Part shown: piece by piece, positions 1-10,437 of the stretch
Layout: each line of letters opens with the position of its first letter
Numbering within the stretch: the first letter of the stretch is position 1
Assembly: GCA_036303125.1 (NCBI GenBank)
Contig: JAXJBE010000278.1
Coordinates: 299-64,298, forward strand
From: Bacteroidaceae bacterium
Lineage (GTDB): Bacteria > Bacteroidota > Bacteroidia > Bacteroidales > Bacteroidaceae
Length of the DNA stretch: 64,000 bases
Direction of reading: 5' to 3'
Notes under the pieces: generated by a model
Told to the model about the DNA's origin: nothing
Databases searched by the model: none
What the model saw: only the letters and a program-made list of their open reading frames with translations
Program-made: the position numbers and the translations under genes

Positions 1-507
1 ATCAACCGTAAACAGATACTCAACATCGTACCAAGCCTGTATGAGCACACTCAGCACTCCATACGTCTTCGATCCAGGAGCAGCAGCCATTCTCTCTGCC
101 ACCTCCTTCTGTATCATGCCCGTACAACATGGGATAAGATCTCGGTTATCAACCATCTTGAAAAAAATCTGCGAAGAGATATTGTATGGATAATTACCAG
201 TGAGTACAAACTGTCTTCCTTCAAACACTTGCCGGAGATCCATCCGCAAGAAGTCTCCCTCAATAATATTGTTGCCCAAAGCAGGGAAATGTTCCCTCAA
301 ATAGGGTACAGACTCAAAGTCAATTTCCACCACCTTAAACTCACGGTCCTTCTCCAATATATACTGCGTCAGCACACCCATTCCTGGTCCCACTTCCAGC
401 ACAGGCACATCAGGGCAAGCGTCTACTGTATCTGCAATCCGTCGTGCCACATTTAGGTCTGTCAGGAAGTGCTGTCCTAAGAATTTCTTTGGTTTTACGT
501 TGTTCAC
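1..507 (-). CDS. rsmA: 16S rRNA dimethyladenosine transferase RsmA/KsgA; 3' end cut by the window edge
   Basis: Not in the ORF track (GTG start at 507-505). The reverse strand reads VNNVKPKKFLGQHFLTDLNVARRIADTVDACPDVPVLEVGPGMGVLTQYIL, which carries the KKxLGQHFL and EVGPGxG SAM-binding motifs of KsgA. Confidence 0.85.
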   Translation of the reverse strand, partial: MNNVKPKKFLGQHFLTDLNVARRIADTVDACPDVPVLEVGPGMGVLTQYILEKDREFKVVEIDFESVPYLREHFPALGNNIIEGDFLRMDLRQVFEGRQFVLTGNYPYNISSQIFFKMVDNRDLIPCCTGMIQKEVAERMAAAPGSKTYGVLSVLIQAWYDVEYLFTVD

Positions 508-551
508 AAAAAAAAAATGCTTTTATGGATTAATGATATGATAATTATTCG

Positions 552-559
552 TAACTTTG
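552..559 (+). promoter_or_regulatory. Bacteroidetes -7 promoter box TAACTTTG (TAnnTTTG)
   Basis: Exact match to the TAnnTTTG consensus in the divergent rsmA/membrane-protein intergenic region, correctly oriented for the downstream + gene. It implies that the track start at 557 is too early. Confidence 0.5.
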
Positions 560-682
560 TCATGCGAAGAACATATAGCCAACACATCTAAAAATAGAGC
601 CGCCACATCAGCGCGTATCCTCGAACTTGCTTACAATAGTTCTCTCCACCCTACCCCAAGGAGAATTCTTTGTCAAGCATTC

Positions 683-1729
683 ATGATGCAAAGTTACGAC
701 ATTTTTTTAATGGACAGGAACAAAATAATAAAAAAGATATTCAATATTGCTCTGCCGTTCATCCTCAGCGGTGCAATATTGTGGTGGATGTACCGCTACA
801 CAGACTTCAAAGAGATTGAGCACACCGTAATGCACGAGATGAACTGGGGATGGATGCTCTTCTCCCTCGTGTTCGGTGTGACAGCCCAATTGTTTCGTGG
901 CATACGCTGGAAACAGACCCTCGCACCCATGAATGAGCATCCTCGCACTTCAGACTGCATCCATGCAGTCTTCATTTCCTACGCATCCAGCCTTATCATA
1001 CCTCGCAGCGGCGAACTTGTGCGTTGCGGCATACTCAGCCGATACGACCGCACCCCTTTCCTCAAGTCATTCGGCACAGTAGTGACAGAGCGCATCATAG
1101 ACAGCATGCTCATCCTCACCATCACAGTCGTAGTCATACTGTCCCAGTTGCCCGTCTTCCTCTCCTTTTTTGATAAGACAGGCACGAGCATCGACAGATT
1201 CCTCTACGGTTTCACCAGCACTGGATATATCGTCACAGCCATCTGCATCATATTCACAATAATCTTCCTGTGGTATATGGCTCACAGGCTCGCCTTCATG
1301 ACCAAACTCAAAGAAATCATAGACAACGTGCGCGAAGGCGTTACATCTCTACGCCACGTCAACAGCAAATGGCTCTTCGCTTTTTACACCATAGCTATTT
1401 GGCTCAGCTATTTCCTCCACTACTGGATTACCTTCAAGTGCTTCGGATTCACCGAGCACCTAAGTTTCACAGCTGCCATCGTCAGTTTCATCGTGGGCAG
1501 CATTTCTGTCATCGTACCCACGCCCAATGGAGCAGGAGCATGGCATCTCGCCGTCAAGACCATCCTCGTCCTTTATGGAGTGGCAAGCACTGACGCTGTA
1601 GTATTTGCCCTCATAGTTCATACTATACAGACGGCCTTAGTCCCCATCCTCGGCATATACTCCATCTTCGTTCTGTCTATGAGAAAAACCACTGCAACAA
1701 GCAACTGGAAAGATTTTATTAGAAATTGA
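683..1729 (+). CDS. Flippase-like / lysylphosphatidylglycerol-synthase-TM (UPF0104) family integral membrane protein
   Basis: Multi-pass hydrophobic ORF (NIALPFILSGAILWWMY..., RWKQTL, PRSGELVRCG, PTPNGAGAWH). The start was moved downstream of the promoter box; ATG at 683 was chosen, with 713 as an alternative. Confidence 0.6.
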   Translation: MMQSYDIFLMDRNKIIKKIFNIALPFILSGAILWWMYRYTDFKEIEHTVMHEMNWGWMLFSLVFGVTAQLFRGIRWKQTLAPMNEHPRTSDCIHAVFISYASSLIIPRSGELVRCGILSRYDRTPFLKSFGTVVTERIIDSMLILTITVVVILSQLPVFLSFFDKTGTSIDRFLYGFTSTGYIVTAICIIFTIIFLWYMAHRLAFMTKLKEIIDNVREGVTSLRHVNSKWLFAFYTIAIWLSYFLHYWITFKCFGFTEHLSFTAAIVSFIVGSISVIVPTPNGAGAWHLAVKTILVLYGVASTDAVVFALIVHTIQTALVPILGIYSIFVLSMRKTTATSNWKDFIRN

Positions 1730-1810
1730 GAGTCGATATTGAGAGTCAATAAAGAAGATAACGAAACGACAAACCAACATATCTACTAACATATAAAAAC
1801 CAGAAAGAAC

Positions 1811-3280
1811 ATGAATCCAATTGAAGAATTATCACCAAAAGGTGTGTGGAGAAACTTCTATGCTCTCACACAGATACCACGTCCATCAGGCCACACGGAG
1901 CGGGTTGCTAAATACCTTGTCGACTGGGCTATCAGCAAGGGCGCGGAAGCATATATTGACGAGATAGGCAATGTTATCATGCGCAAGGGGGCTACTCCTG
2001 GCTATGAGGACAGAGAAACAACTGTGCTCCAGGCTCACATGGACATGGTGCCACAGAAGACAAAGGGATGTCCGCACAATTTCGAGACAGATCCCCTGGA
2101 TGTCTATATTGACGGAGAATGGGTGACAGCACGAGACACCACACTCGGCGCGGACGATGGCATTGGAGTGGCCGCAGCGATGGCCATCATTGAGGACGAG
2201 ACAGTAGAGCATGGTCCGCTCGAAGTGCTCATCACCCGCGATGAAGAAACAGGGCTCATAGGAGCCTTCGGACTCAAGGCTGGCGAACTCAAAGGCAAAT
2301 ATCTGCTCAACCTCGACTCAGAGACAGAAGGAGAAATCACAATCGGCTGCGCTGGCGGCATGGACATCCTCTGCTCTATGCAATATCAGCAAATCAATGT
2401 TGATCCACAGAACATGCTCTGCTACGACATCGTCATCAAGGGACTCCTCGGTGGCCATTCAGGCATCGAAATCTGCAAGGGAAGAGCCAATGCCAACAAA
2501 CTCATGGCACGTACCCTCTTCGCTACAGTCAACACAGGCACAGCATGGCTCTGCTCATGGCACGGCGGCAACATGCGCAACGCCATCCCAAGAGAGTCAG
2601 AAGCCACAGTGTTAGTACCCGAGAAAGAGAAAGAAGCCTTCCTCGCCATGGTGGACAAGTGTCGTGCCACCTTCATCGAAGAGTACAAGGACATAGAGAC
2701 AGGCAACTTCTACATGGCAGCCGTACCAACAGAAACAATGCCAACCAAGGCTATACCACAAGATATCCAGACAAACATCATCAACGCAGTTATGGCAGCC
2801 CACGACGGAGTGCTTCGCTACACTCCATCCATGCCCGATCTCGTTGAAACATCGTGCAATCTGGCCATCATCGATGTAGCTGACGGCAAAGCAGAAATCA
2901 TCTCACTCGCCCGTTCATCACAGGACAGCATGAAGCAATATCTCTGCAACCGCTATATCTCATGTTTCTCCATGGCAGGCATGGAAGTAAAACTCGAAGC
3001 AGGCTACAGCGGATGGCAGCCCAATCCAAAGAGTCCACTCGTTGAAATGATGTCAAGCATCTACGAGAAGCTCTACAGCAAGAAGCCTATCGTCGGCGCA
3101 TGCCACGCAGGTCTCGAATGCGGCATCATAGGCGTCAACTATCCTGACATGGACATGGCAAGCTATGGCCCCACACTCGTCAGTCCTCACACTCCCAACG
3201 AGGCATGCCTCATCCCTACCGTCAAGAAGTTCTACGACTTCACACTCGAAATCTTAAAGAATATTCCCAAGAAGGCATAA
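1811..3280 (+). CDS. pepD: Aminoacyl-histidine (Xaa-His) dipeptidase, M20 family
   Basis: 489 aa with PepD-like N-terminus (LSPKGVWRNFYALTQIPRPSGHTERV) and metal-site motifs (LQAHMDMV, GADDGIG, TRDEETGLIGA). Confidence 0.85.
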   Translation: MNPIEELSPKGVWRNFYALTQIPRPSGHTERVAKYLVDWAISKGAEAYIDEIGNVIMRKGATPGYEDRETTVLQAHMDMVPQKTKGCPHNFETDPLDVYIDGEWVTARDTTLGADDGIGVAAAMAIIEDETVEHGPLEVLITRDEETGLIGAFGLKAGELKGKYLLNLDSETEGEITIGCAGGMDILCSMQYQQINVDPQNMLCYDIVIKGLLGGHSGIEICKGRANANKLMARTLFATVNTGTAWLCSWHGGNMRNAIPRESEATVLVPEKEKEAFLAMVDKCRATFIEEYKDIETGNFYMAAVPTETMPTKAIPQDIQTNIINAVMAAHDGVLRYTPSMPDLVETSCNLAIIDVADGKAEIISLARSSQDSMKQYLCNRYISCFSMAGMEVKLEAGYSGWQPNPKSPLVEMMSSIYEKLYSKKPIVGACHAGLECGIIGVNYPDMDMASYGPTLVSPHTPNEACLIPTVKKFYDFTLEILKNIPKKA

Positions 3281-3374
3281 GTGGCCGTATAAAGACACTC
3301 CTATACGATTACAAGACTGACAACTTTGATAATAGTTCATTTACACATACACACTTTCATATAAAGGCATATCT

Positions 3375-3725
3375 ATGGCACTCAACAAGAACAAAGACCT
3401 CAAAATGTTCTACAGCATAAGCGAGGTGGCAAGCATGATGGACGTCACAGAGTCTCTGCTGCGTTACTGGGAAAAGGAATTTCCCAACATCAAACCCAAC
3501 AAAGTGGGGCGAGGCATACGTCAATACACCAAGGCTGACATTGAACAAGTCAAGAAGGTCTACCATCTGGTCAAAGAGCGAGGCATGACACTCCAAGGAG
3601 CACGCGACATGCTCAAGCGCAACAAAGGTGGTGAAATAGACCGCAATGTGGATGTCATAGAGCGCCTTAAAGAAATACGCACCGAGCTTCAAGACATCGG
3701 ACGTCACCTCAACGGACTGGTGTAA
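3375..3725 (+). CDS. MerR-family transcriptional regulator (small, 116 aa)
   Basis: N-terminal helix-turn-helix (FYSISEVASMMDVTESLLRYWEKEF ... GIRQYTKADIEQVKKVYHL) is typical of the MerR HTH. Confidence 0.7.
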   Translation: MALNKNKDLKMFYSISEVASMMDVTESLLRYWEKEFPNIKPNKVGRGIRQYTKADIEQVKKVYHLVKERGMTLQGARDMLKRNKGGEIDRNVDVIERLKEIRTELQDIGRHLNGLV

Positions 3726-3772
3726 ATGGTCTATAACCCACATCAACCATCTGGCATAAGAGCCATCAAATG

Positions 3773-3816
3773 AAAAAGGATGCGTGCTTGCCCCATTCGG
3801 CTCGCACGCATCCTTT
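3773..3816. terminator. Bidirectional hairpin terminator between convergent genes
   Basis: Perfect 13-bp stem AAAGGATGCGTGC / GCACGCATCCTTT with a 16-nt loop, flanked by A-run and T-rich tracts. It lies between the merR-like stop and the esterase stop. Confidence 0.7.
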
Positions 3817-3852
3817 CCGTTTCTTTGCTTTGTTCCTATGCGCATCAGCTTT

Positions 3853-4842
<990 letters not shown>

Positions 4843-5019
4843 TTAAGTTTGTTGTTGATAGATTATAAGTTATTGATTGGATAGTTATAGGCCGCACGGC
4901 ATGCCTGCCAGCGCGGGTTTATGACGTAAAGTTAAGACAATTCTATCAAACATGAGATAAAAGCAAGCTGAATAATATGTTTTGCGAGAGAAAAAAATCA
5001 TTTATTAGCATATTTTCAA

Positions 5020-5027
5020 TACCTTTG
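5020..5027 (+). promoter_or_regulatory. -7 promoter box TACCTTTG
   Basis: Exact TAnnTTTG match about 90 nt upstream of the 5115 start, within a divergent intergenic region. Confidence 0.5.
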
Positions 5028-5114
5028 TACCCGATATATTGCAATACAGTTCCAATAAAGCAATCATATATTTTAATCAAACAACATAACCCAAACAACA
5101 CATATTTAATATAA

Positions 5115-5825
5115 ATGAAGACAATATGCTACATAGTGGCGATGGTGGCAGAAGCCCAACCTTTCATCGACCGTTACGGGATAAATAAAGTTGACGACTT
5201 CTTCGCTCCACTCCCCTGCCAGCTCTATATGGGAGAGGTGAACGGAACAAGACTCTGCGTTGTGCTCAACGGACAAATGAACGGAAGCGACCTCGTAGGT
5301 TGCGAAGCTGCGAGCATAGCCACTATGGCCGCCATTCAGAAACTCAACCCTGACATCATCGTCAACTCAGGCACCTGCGGCGCATTCCGCAAGAAAGGAG
5401 CCGACATCGCCGAAGTGTTCATAGGCAACAAAGCCATGTTTCACGACCGCCGCGTGCCAGGCGATGACAATTGGCACACACAGAGCATAGGCAACTACAC
5501 TGTGTGGCCAGGCAGCAACGCTCTCGCCACAGCTTTAGGAATGAAGATGGGCAAGGTCACCACAGGTTCATCCCTTGACATGCAACCCTGCGACCTCGAA
5601 GTCATCGAAACCAACGGAGGCGAATTGAAAGACATGGAAGGGGCTGCCATAGCCTTCGTCTGCTCGCTCTTCTCCAAGCCAGTCCTCTTTGTCAAGTCTG
5701 TCACCGACCTATGCGACAGCGGAGTCGAGACATACGAGGAGTTCTCCCGCAACCTCGGCCGCGCGTGTGAATCATTAAAGGTAGCCAACGAACAAGTCAT
5801 CGACTACCTTTCAAATCATTTATAG
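5115..5825 (+). CDS. PNP_UDP_1-family nucleosidase (MTA/SAH nucleosidase-like)
   Basis: 236 aa. N-terminal MKTICYIVAMVAEAQPF, SGTCGAF, and C-terminal KDMEGAAIAFVC...VKSVTDL resemble MTAN-type nucleosidase motifs. Confidence 0.55.
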   Translation: MKTICYIVAMVAEAQPFIDRYGINKVDDFFAPLPCQLYMGEVNGTRLCVVLNGQMNGSDLVGCEAASIATMAAIQKLNPDIIVNSGTCGAFRKKGADIAEVFIGNKAMFHDRRVPGDDNWHTQSIGNYTVWPGSNALATALGMKMGKVTTGSSLDMQPCDLEVIETNGGELKDMEGAAIAFVCSLFSKPVLFVKSVTDLCDSGVETYEEFSRNLGRACESLKVANEQVIDYLSNHL

Positions 5826-5899
5826 GAGTGTTCTATAAATTAGTCTTTTGTTTTTATCGGGGTGCATCTTTCCGCTTGAGGCGATTTATAGAGCACCCC
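5825..5899. repeat. 75-bp TIR-bounded intergenic element, copy A
   Basis: Ends GGAGTGTTCTATAAA / TTTATAGAGCACCCC match as an inverted repeat at 13 of 15 positions. About 70 percent identical by eye to copy B at 8554-8628, with the best agreement at both ends. Confidence 0.6.
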
Positions 5900-5931
5900 T
5901 ATAAAACACCCCTTATAACCTGCACCTTCAT

Positions 5932-8535
5932 TCATTCCACAGTGCACGGGATGAGCCTCACATCGCTGTTAAGTCCTGACGGCACAACATCCCAGTGGTC
6001 GTAGAGTCCCTTCTTGTAGTTGAGGTCCACAACATTTATCTCCTTAAACCTGCGCCACGCCACGCCCTCGCGATCCATCTGAGATATGCGGTTGGCTGGC
6101 AGATTCGCCACCTCAATCTCCAGCAAGTTATCACCCTGCTTGACAAAATCTGTAATATCCACACGATATGGCACAGCGAAGAGATAGGCAGCCTCCTTGC
6201 CATTGACAACGACACGAGCTGTCTCACGCACATCACCAAGATCAAGGATAAAGGCAGCATTGGTAGGTATAGCTGGCATTGTGAAAGAAGTGCGATAAAC
6301 GCCAGTCGCCATAGTCGTGTTGAGCAAGCTGTCACCAAGACTCGTCCATGGCTTAGCACCGCTATTCATCGTGTAAGTCTTTTCTATAGCCACAGGCTCA
6401 GCCTCCTTAAAGGAAAGAGTCCACTGGGAAAGCACATTGGCCCTGTATTCCAAGGCATTGTAGTAACGATAAGGTTTGACATTGGCAAGAGTCGCCTCGC
6501 CACTATCATACGTGCGCACAATAATGCTCTCTCCACTCTTCAACTGAAGACGCACGCGCCCTTGGTTGTCCACCTTTGCCATGCCAACATTGCCGGTCAT
6601 AGGATTGTAAAGCACCGCTTGGGAAAGGGGCACGCCCATAGGAATGAAAGCATCAACATCCTTGCCCTGCAGGTTGGATATAAAGTAATGATGTCCCACA
6701 TCATTGCGGCGGCGTATACAGCTCAAGCCATGTTGAAGACGCATGGGCTCTGGACGCGCATCTGTATATTGCAGACCATCATTATACTGGGGTGTGGTTA
6801 TGATGCCACCCTGCCCCCATGTCACCATCATGGCCTGCTCTGGATGGAAGGATACTGTCTTCTGTAGCTTCTTGACGAGAGCAGAGAATCCCTTCTGTTC
6901 CTTGTCCTTGCCATAGCCAGGAACCGATTGAGGCAGCGAACCGACAAAAACCACCTTGCCGCCATTCTCCGCATACTGCACAAGACGTCGCAGAGTAGTG
7001 AGCGGCATGAATCGTACATCTGGAATGAGAACAGCAGCATAGCGGTTAACCACGCTGTCTTGCATGAGGAAACTGTCAGAGACATAGTCCACATCATATC
7101 CGCTTGCGATGATAGCCTGCACAGCCTTGATAAACTTAGGCGCACGCTTCTCCATGGAATGGATATCGAAGAGAGCTACCGTGCCAGGCTGCTCGTAAAT
7201 CATGTCATAATATGGCAGATAGACCAACACATCATTGTCAGCCTCACCCCACTGCAAGAACGACTGGCAACGCTGGATATAACGAGAGAAGGCAGGCATA
7301 GCCGACCACCAGTTATTATTGGGCGAGAAGTCCACACTTGCATAGAAACGCCGTCCAGGCCACGCCTCATCCTCCGGAGAATAACATGAGCCGTGGAAGA
7401 CCACGTGGTTGACACCTGAGACAAACATCAAATCGAGTTCAGGCTTGCACTGTGAGAGTGAAGTGCGGAAATGTTCGGTCAACCATGTGAAGGTCTCGCT
7501 GGAGGTGAAACGTTTGCCTGAGATATGCGCAGCCGATGAAGCATATTTGAGCATGGAAAGGTCCGAGTCGTTCTTCTTTGTGAACACCTTGTCCTTTCTC
7601 AGTCCTCTTATGCCGAAGTCGCTGAGACCAAATCCCTCACACTCTGGTATGTCGACAGCTGCATAGACATCAAGCAGGTTGGCAGGACTGCCATGGGCTT
7701 GATTGCGAGTGATGCTTCCATGAGAATGCGCCCATGATGTCCACTGCGAGGTGAAGTTCTCCAGAAGCAGTTCACCAAGCGTCTCACGATAGTCGCTGAT
7801 GATGCGCCGCTCTCCGTCGGTGCGCAGCGAGTCCTTCTTGTTGAGCAGGTATGTGAACGGTTCAAGGTCATACCCCCTCCTTTTCTTAAACTCCTCATAG
7901 AGCGTTGGAGTCCAGTCGGCACCATACACTTCATACGAGTCATTGAACATGGCATTAGGGAAAGACATGCCCTGATTGGCAAATGCAGTGTCGAAGCGTT
8001 CAAAATATCGGGCTACAGCACCACGGTCGAAATGGTCTATAACGAAACCTTCGCCCCCAGGAGCAGCTCTCTTGACTTTCTGTCCCGTGCGCCCCACAGC
8101 ATGATTGTCCTCCTCGTCAAATATCAGCTTGCACGCAGCATCATCCTTACTCACCAGCGGTCCGCCAAAAGGCCAGCCAGTGCCAGTGGCCATGTCCACC
8201 TCCATGCCGAGCTGCTTCCCCCTGGTCTCCACCCAGCTAAGCATGCGCATCCATCGTGGCGAAAGATACTCTATCTCGTCAGCCTCATTGTCCACCACTC
8301 CATAGATTGGAGTTATCTCCACCCCGCCAATGCCAGCCTTGGCATACTGCGTCATGCAATAGTCGATGCCAGCCGAATCCACAGCACTGCCGTGCCACCA
8401 CCACCGAGTATAGGGTTTTGCCTCACGTCCTGCCTCTGGCCACTGCTGAGCTTCAGCTGGACTTATAAAAGAAAACGAGAAAGAAAGAAAAGCGAATGTT
8501 CGTACCAACGAACCTGTAAATCTGAGGTTTTTCAT
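5932..8535 (-). CDS. Secreted glycoside hydrolase, GH106-like (putative alpha-L-rhamnosidase family)
   Basis: 867 aa with a signal peptide. The N-terminal PYTRWWWHGSAVD...GIGGVEITPIYG motif is typical of this Bacteroidetes hydrolase family. The family assignment comes from memory of that motif, not from a search. Confidence 0.5.
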   Translation of the reverse strand: MKNLRFTGSLVRTFAFLSFSFSFISPAEAQQWPEAGREAKPYTRWWWHGSAVDSAGIDYCMTQYAKAGIGGVEITPIYGVVDNEADEIEYLSPRWMRMLSWVETRGKQLGMEVDMATGTGWPFGGPLVSKDDAACKLIFDEEDNHAVGRTGQKVKRAAPGGEGFVIDHFDRGAVARYFERFDTAFANQGMSFPNAMFNDSYEVYGADWTPTLYEEFKKRRGYDLEPFTYLLNKKDSLRTDGERRIISDYRETLGELLLENFTSQWTSWAHSHGSITRNQAHGSPANLLDVYAAVDIPECEGFGLSDFGIRGLRKDKVFTKKNDSDLSMLKYASSAAHISGKRFTSSETFTWLTEHFRTSLSQCKPELDLMFVSGVNHVVFHGSCYSPEDEAWPGRRFYASVDFSPNNNWWSAMPAFSRYIQRCQSFLQWGEADNDVLVYLPYYDMIYEQPGTVALFDIHSMEKRAPKFIKAVQAIIASGYDVDYVSDSFLMQDSVVNRYAAVLIPDVRFMPLTTLRRLVQYAENGGKVVFVGSLPQSVPGYGKDKEQKGFSALVKKLQKTVSFHPEQAMMVTWGQGGIITTPQYNDGLQYTDARPEPMRLQHGLSCIRRRNDVGHHYFISNLQGKDVDAFIPMGVPLSQAVLYNPMTGNVGMAKVDNQGRVRLQLKSGESIIVRTYDSGEATLANVKPYRYYNALEYRANVLSQWTLSFKEAEPVAIEKTYTMNSGAKPWTSLGDSLLNTTMATGVYRTSFTMPAIPTNAAFILDLGDVRETARVVVNGKEAAYLFAVPYRVDITDFVKQGDNLLEIEVANLPANRISQMDREGVAWRRFKEINVVDLNYKKGLYDHWDVVPSGLNSDVRLIPCTVE

Positions 8536-8553
8536 CTATTGGTTAAGTATTAT

Positions 8554-8628
8554 GGGATGTTCTTCAAATTAGTATTTATGTATTTATCGGAGTATGCCAT
8601 TTTGCTCGGCTAATTCATAGAACACCCC
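8554..8628. repeat. 75-bp TIR-bounded intergenic element, copy B
   Basis: GGGATGTTCTTCAAATT ... AATTCATAGAACACCCC. Same length and orientation as copy A, lying 18 bp upstream of the GH106-like start codon. Confidence 0.6.
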
Positions 8629-8779
8629 TTATACGATGCTTAGGATATTCAACAAATCAGCCATCTCTTTTCAACAGCCTGATGCTTATTTGCAATACAA
8701 AATTACAAACAAATCACGTCATAGCTACAGTTTATCTACTATTTTCAATCTTGGTTCATCAAAAATCGTTTTTTTTAAC

Positions 8780-8787
8780 TACCTTTG
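8780..8787 (+). promoter_or_regulatory. -7 promoter box TACCTTTG for the upxY-like gene
   Basis: Exact TAnnTTTG preceded by a T-run. It leaves a ~135-nt leader before the ATG at 8930, and long leaders are typical of UpxY operons. Confidence 0.5.
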
Positions 8788-8929
8788 CAACATCATTCGT
8801 CTAATCCGTGAGAACAGCCGGCCTTGGCCGTATCTAACGCGCATCCCACACATTCCTCATCATCAAAGCGGCACTCACGCACCTTTTACTGCATCAACCG
8901 TCCTCATTATTATCTTTACTCTCCACACA

Positions 8930-9499
8930 ATGCCCACACACAAGTCAAACGAAGTAATCACAACACACAAGCACCCCAACGACACACCACAGTGGTTTGT
9001 GATGAAGGTGAGCCGCAAAGAGCAGCAAGCAGCAGACATCATGACCAAGGCTGGCCTTCGTGTCTTCTATCCCACCATCCAGAGCGACATGACCATGTGC
9101 GGCAAGAAAGTCATAGTGGAGCGTCCGCTCATCTCCAACACCATCTTTGTCTACTCTTCCTTCACCACCATCAATACCATCAAGAACATCTACTGTTTCA
9201 TCACATACAGCTACGCAAAGGACGGCAACTCATACAAGATTCTCCATGTTCCCGACAATGAGATGGAGCGTTTCATTGACGCAGCCACCAAGATGAAGGA
9301 TGACATACAGTATTTCCGTCCCAACGAGGTCAACCTCAACAAGGGAGACAGGGTGCGTGTCATCGGCGGCATCTTCGACGGACAAGAAGGCATTCTTCTC
9401 AAGGCCAAAGGCAGAGCCAAGCGCATGTTTCTCATCAACTTCGAAATGCTCGGTTCTCTCGGCACACATATATCTCCTGAGTTCATCAGAATACTATGA
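8930..9499 (+). CDS. UpxY-family (NusG-like) transcription antiterminator
   Basis: NGN-like N-terminus (QWFVMKVSRKEQQAADIMTKAGLRVFYPT) and KOW motif (KGDRVRVIGGIFDGQEGILL). The start is set at 8930 because the 8636 track start runs through the promoter. Confidence 0.75.
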   Translation: MPTHKSNEVITTHKHPNDTPQWFVMKVSRKEQQAADIMTKAGLRVFYPTIQSDMTMCGKKVIVERPLISNTIFVYSSFTTINTIKNIYCFITYSYAKDGNSYKILHVPDNEMERFIDAATKMKDDIQYFRPNEVNLNKGDRVRVIGGIFDGQEGILLKAKGRAKRMFLINFEMLGSLGTHISPEFIRIL

Positions 9500-9560
9500 C
9501 ACTGTGAAGATTCTACATTTCATGTCTGAGTCTCACATTGGGGAATAAAGCAAAAGCCCC

Positions 9561-10328
9561 TCATGAGCCATCATTTTCCAGCATCGGTATTCCATACAGA
9601 GAAAACTCTATGTCGTCATTTCCTTCCGCGGGATGCATCCTATTTGTCGCATGCGCCAGCGTGAGCACAGACATCCTCACCCCCTTCACCTTAGCCAACT
9701 GAGCACCAAATGCCATGATAGTAGCACCAGTCGTTATCACGTCATCCACTATCAGCACATGCTTGCCCACCAATTTTTCAGGTTTCGTCACCATGTAAGC
9801 ATCCTTCACATTCTCCTCTCTTTCTCTGCGAGTCAACTTCGTCTGCGGCCTCGTGTGCCTAACCTTTCTTGCCACATCGGCCGCCACAGGTATGCCAGCC
9901 ACCTCACTGATGCCCTTAGCTATAGAATAGCTCTGGTTATACCCTCTCGCCATCCGTCGCCTCCCGGATATCGGTACAGGCACAATCAGGTCTATTCCCT
10001 TAAAGAATGAGGATGATGCCATCAGCTGGCGTGCATACATCAGCGCCAAGCAATAGCCAACCTCCGGTCTATTATGGAACTTATTGTCCAGCACCGCCTT
10101 CTTCGCTTCCTTGTTGGCATAGTAACAGAATGCCACCGCCTTCTCCACAGGCAAGCGTCCCCACATCATTTTCTCCATCGGGCTATGCTCCATCTCGTGG
10201 TAGCGTGTCTGATGAATTGCACTCATGCATGAAGAGCACACCATCTGCTCCGAACCTAAAAGGCGACAGGAACAGATGGTGCAATGGCGGGGCAGAATAA
10301 AATCTATTATATCCCTGATGATTCTCAT
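9561..10328 (-). CDS. comF: ComF-family phosphoribosyltransferase-domain protein
   Basis: N-terminal Cys4 motif (PRHCTICSCRL...CSSCMSAI) and C-terminal PRTase loop (VLIVDDVITTGATI). Confidence 0.8.
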   Translation of the reverse strand: MRIIRDIIDFILPRHCTICSCRLLGSEQMVCSSCMSAIHQTRYHEMEHSPMEKMMWGRLPVEKAVAFCYYANKEAKKAVLDNKFHNRPEVGYCLALMYARQLMASSSFFKGIDLIVPVPISGRRRMARGYNQSYSIAKGISEVAGIPVAADVARKVRHTRPQTKLTRREREENVKDAYMVTKPEKLVGKHVLIVDDVITTGATIMAFGAQLAKVKGVRMSVLTLAHATNRMHPAEGNDDIEFSLYGIPMLENDGS

Positions 10329-10356
10329 GATGCAATCAATAAGTCAAGATAGTATG

Positions 10357-10384
10357 GAAGCATGCCCACGAACGCGCATGCTTC
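10357..10384. terminator. Hairpin after the beta-barrel gene
   Basis: GAAGCATGC - 10 nt - GCATGCTTC, a 9-bp perfect stem with no clear U-tract. Confidence 0.35.
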
Positions 10385-10437
10385 TTGGGCTATCTCTATA
10401 TGGGTGCTCTATAATAACTTCAGAGACTCTGACAACC

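Noticed and set aside
5028-5114. SAM/SAH-type riboswitch in the leader of the nucleosidase gene
   Set aside because: The leader is AT-rich with no GC-paired helices or conserved riboswitch cores that I can recognise.
5995-6867. Long antisense ORFs inside large hydrolase, transporter and aminotransferase genes (also 59491-60372, 47776-48513, 21873-22673, 30365-31033)
   Set aside because: Each lies fully inside a longer opposite-strand CDS that has clear family motifs. None has a recognisable motif or a promoter box.
8636-8929. N-terminal 98-aa extension of the upxY-like ORF in the track
   Set aside because: The extension runs through the TACCTTTG promoter box at 8780-8787 and has no NusG-like sequence. 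The NGN domain begins just after the ATG at 8930.
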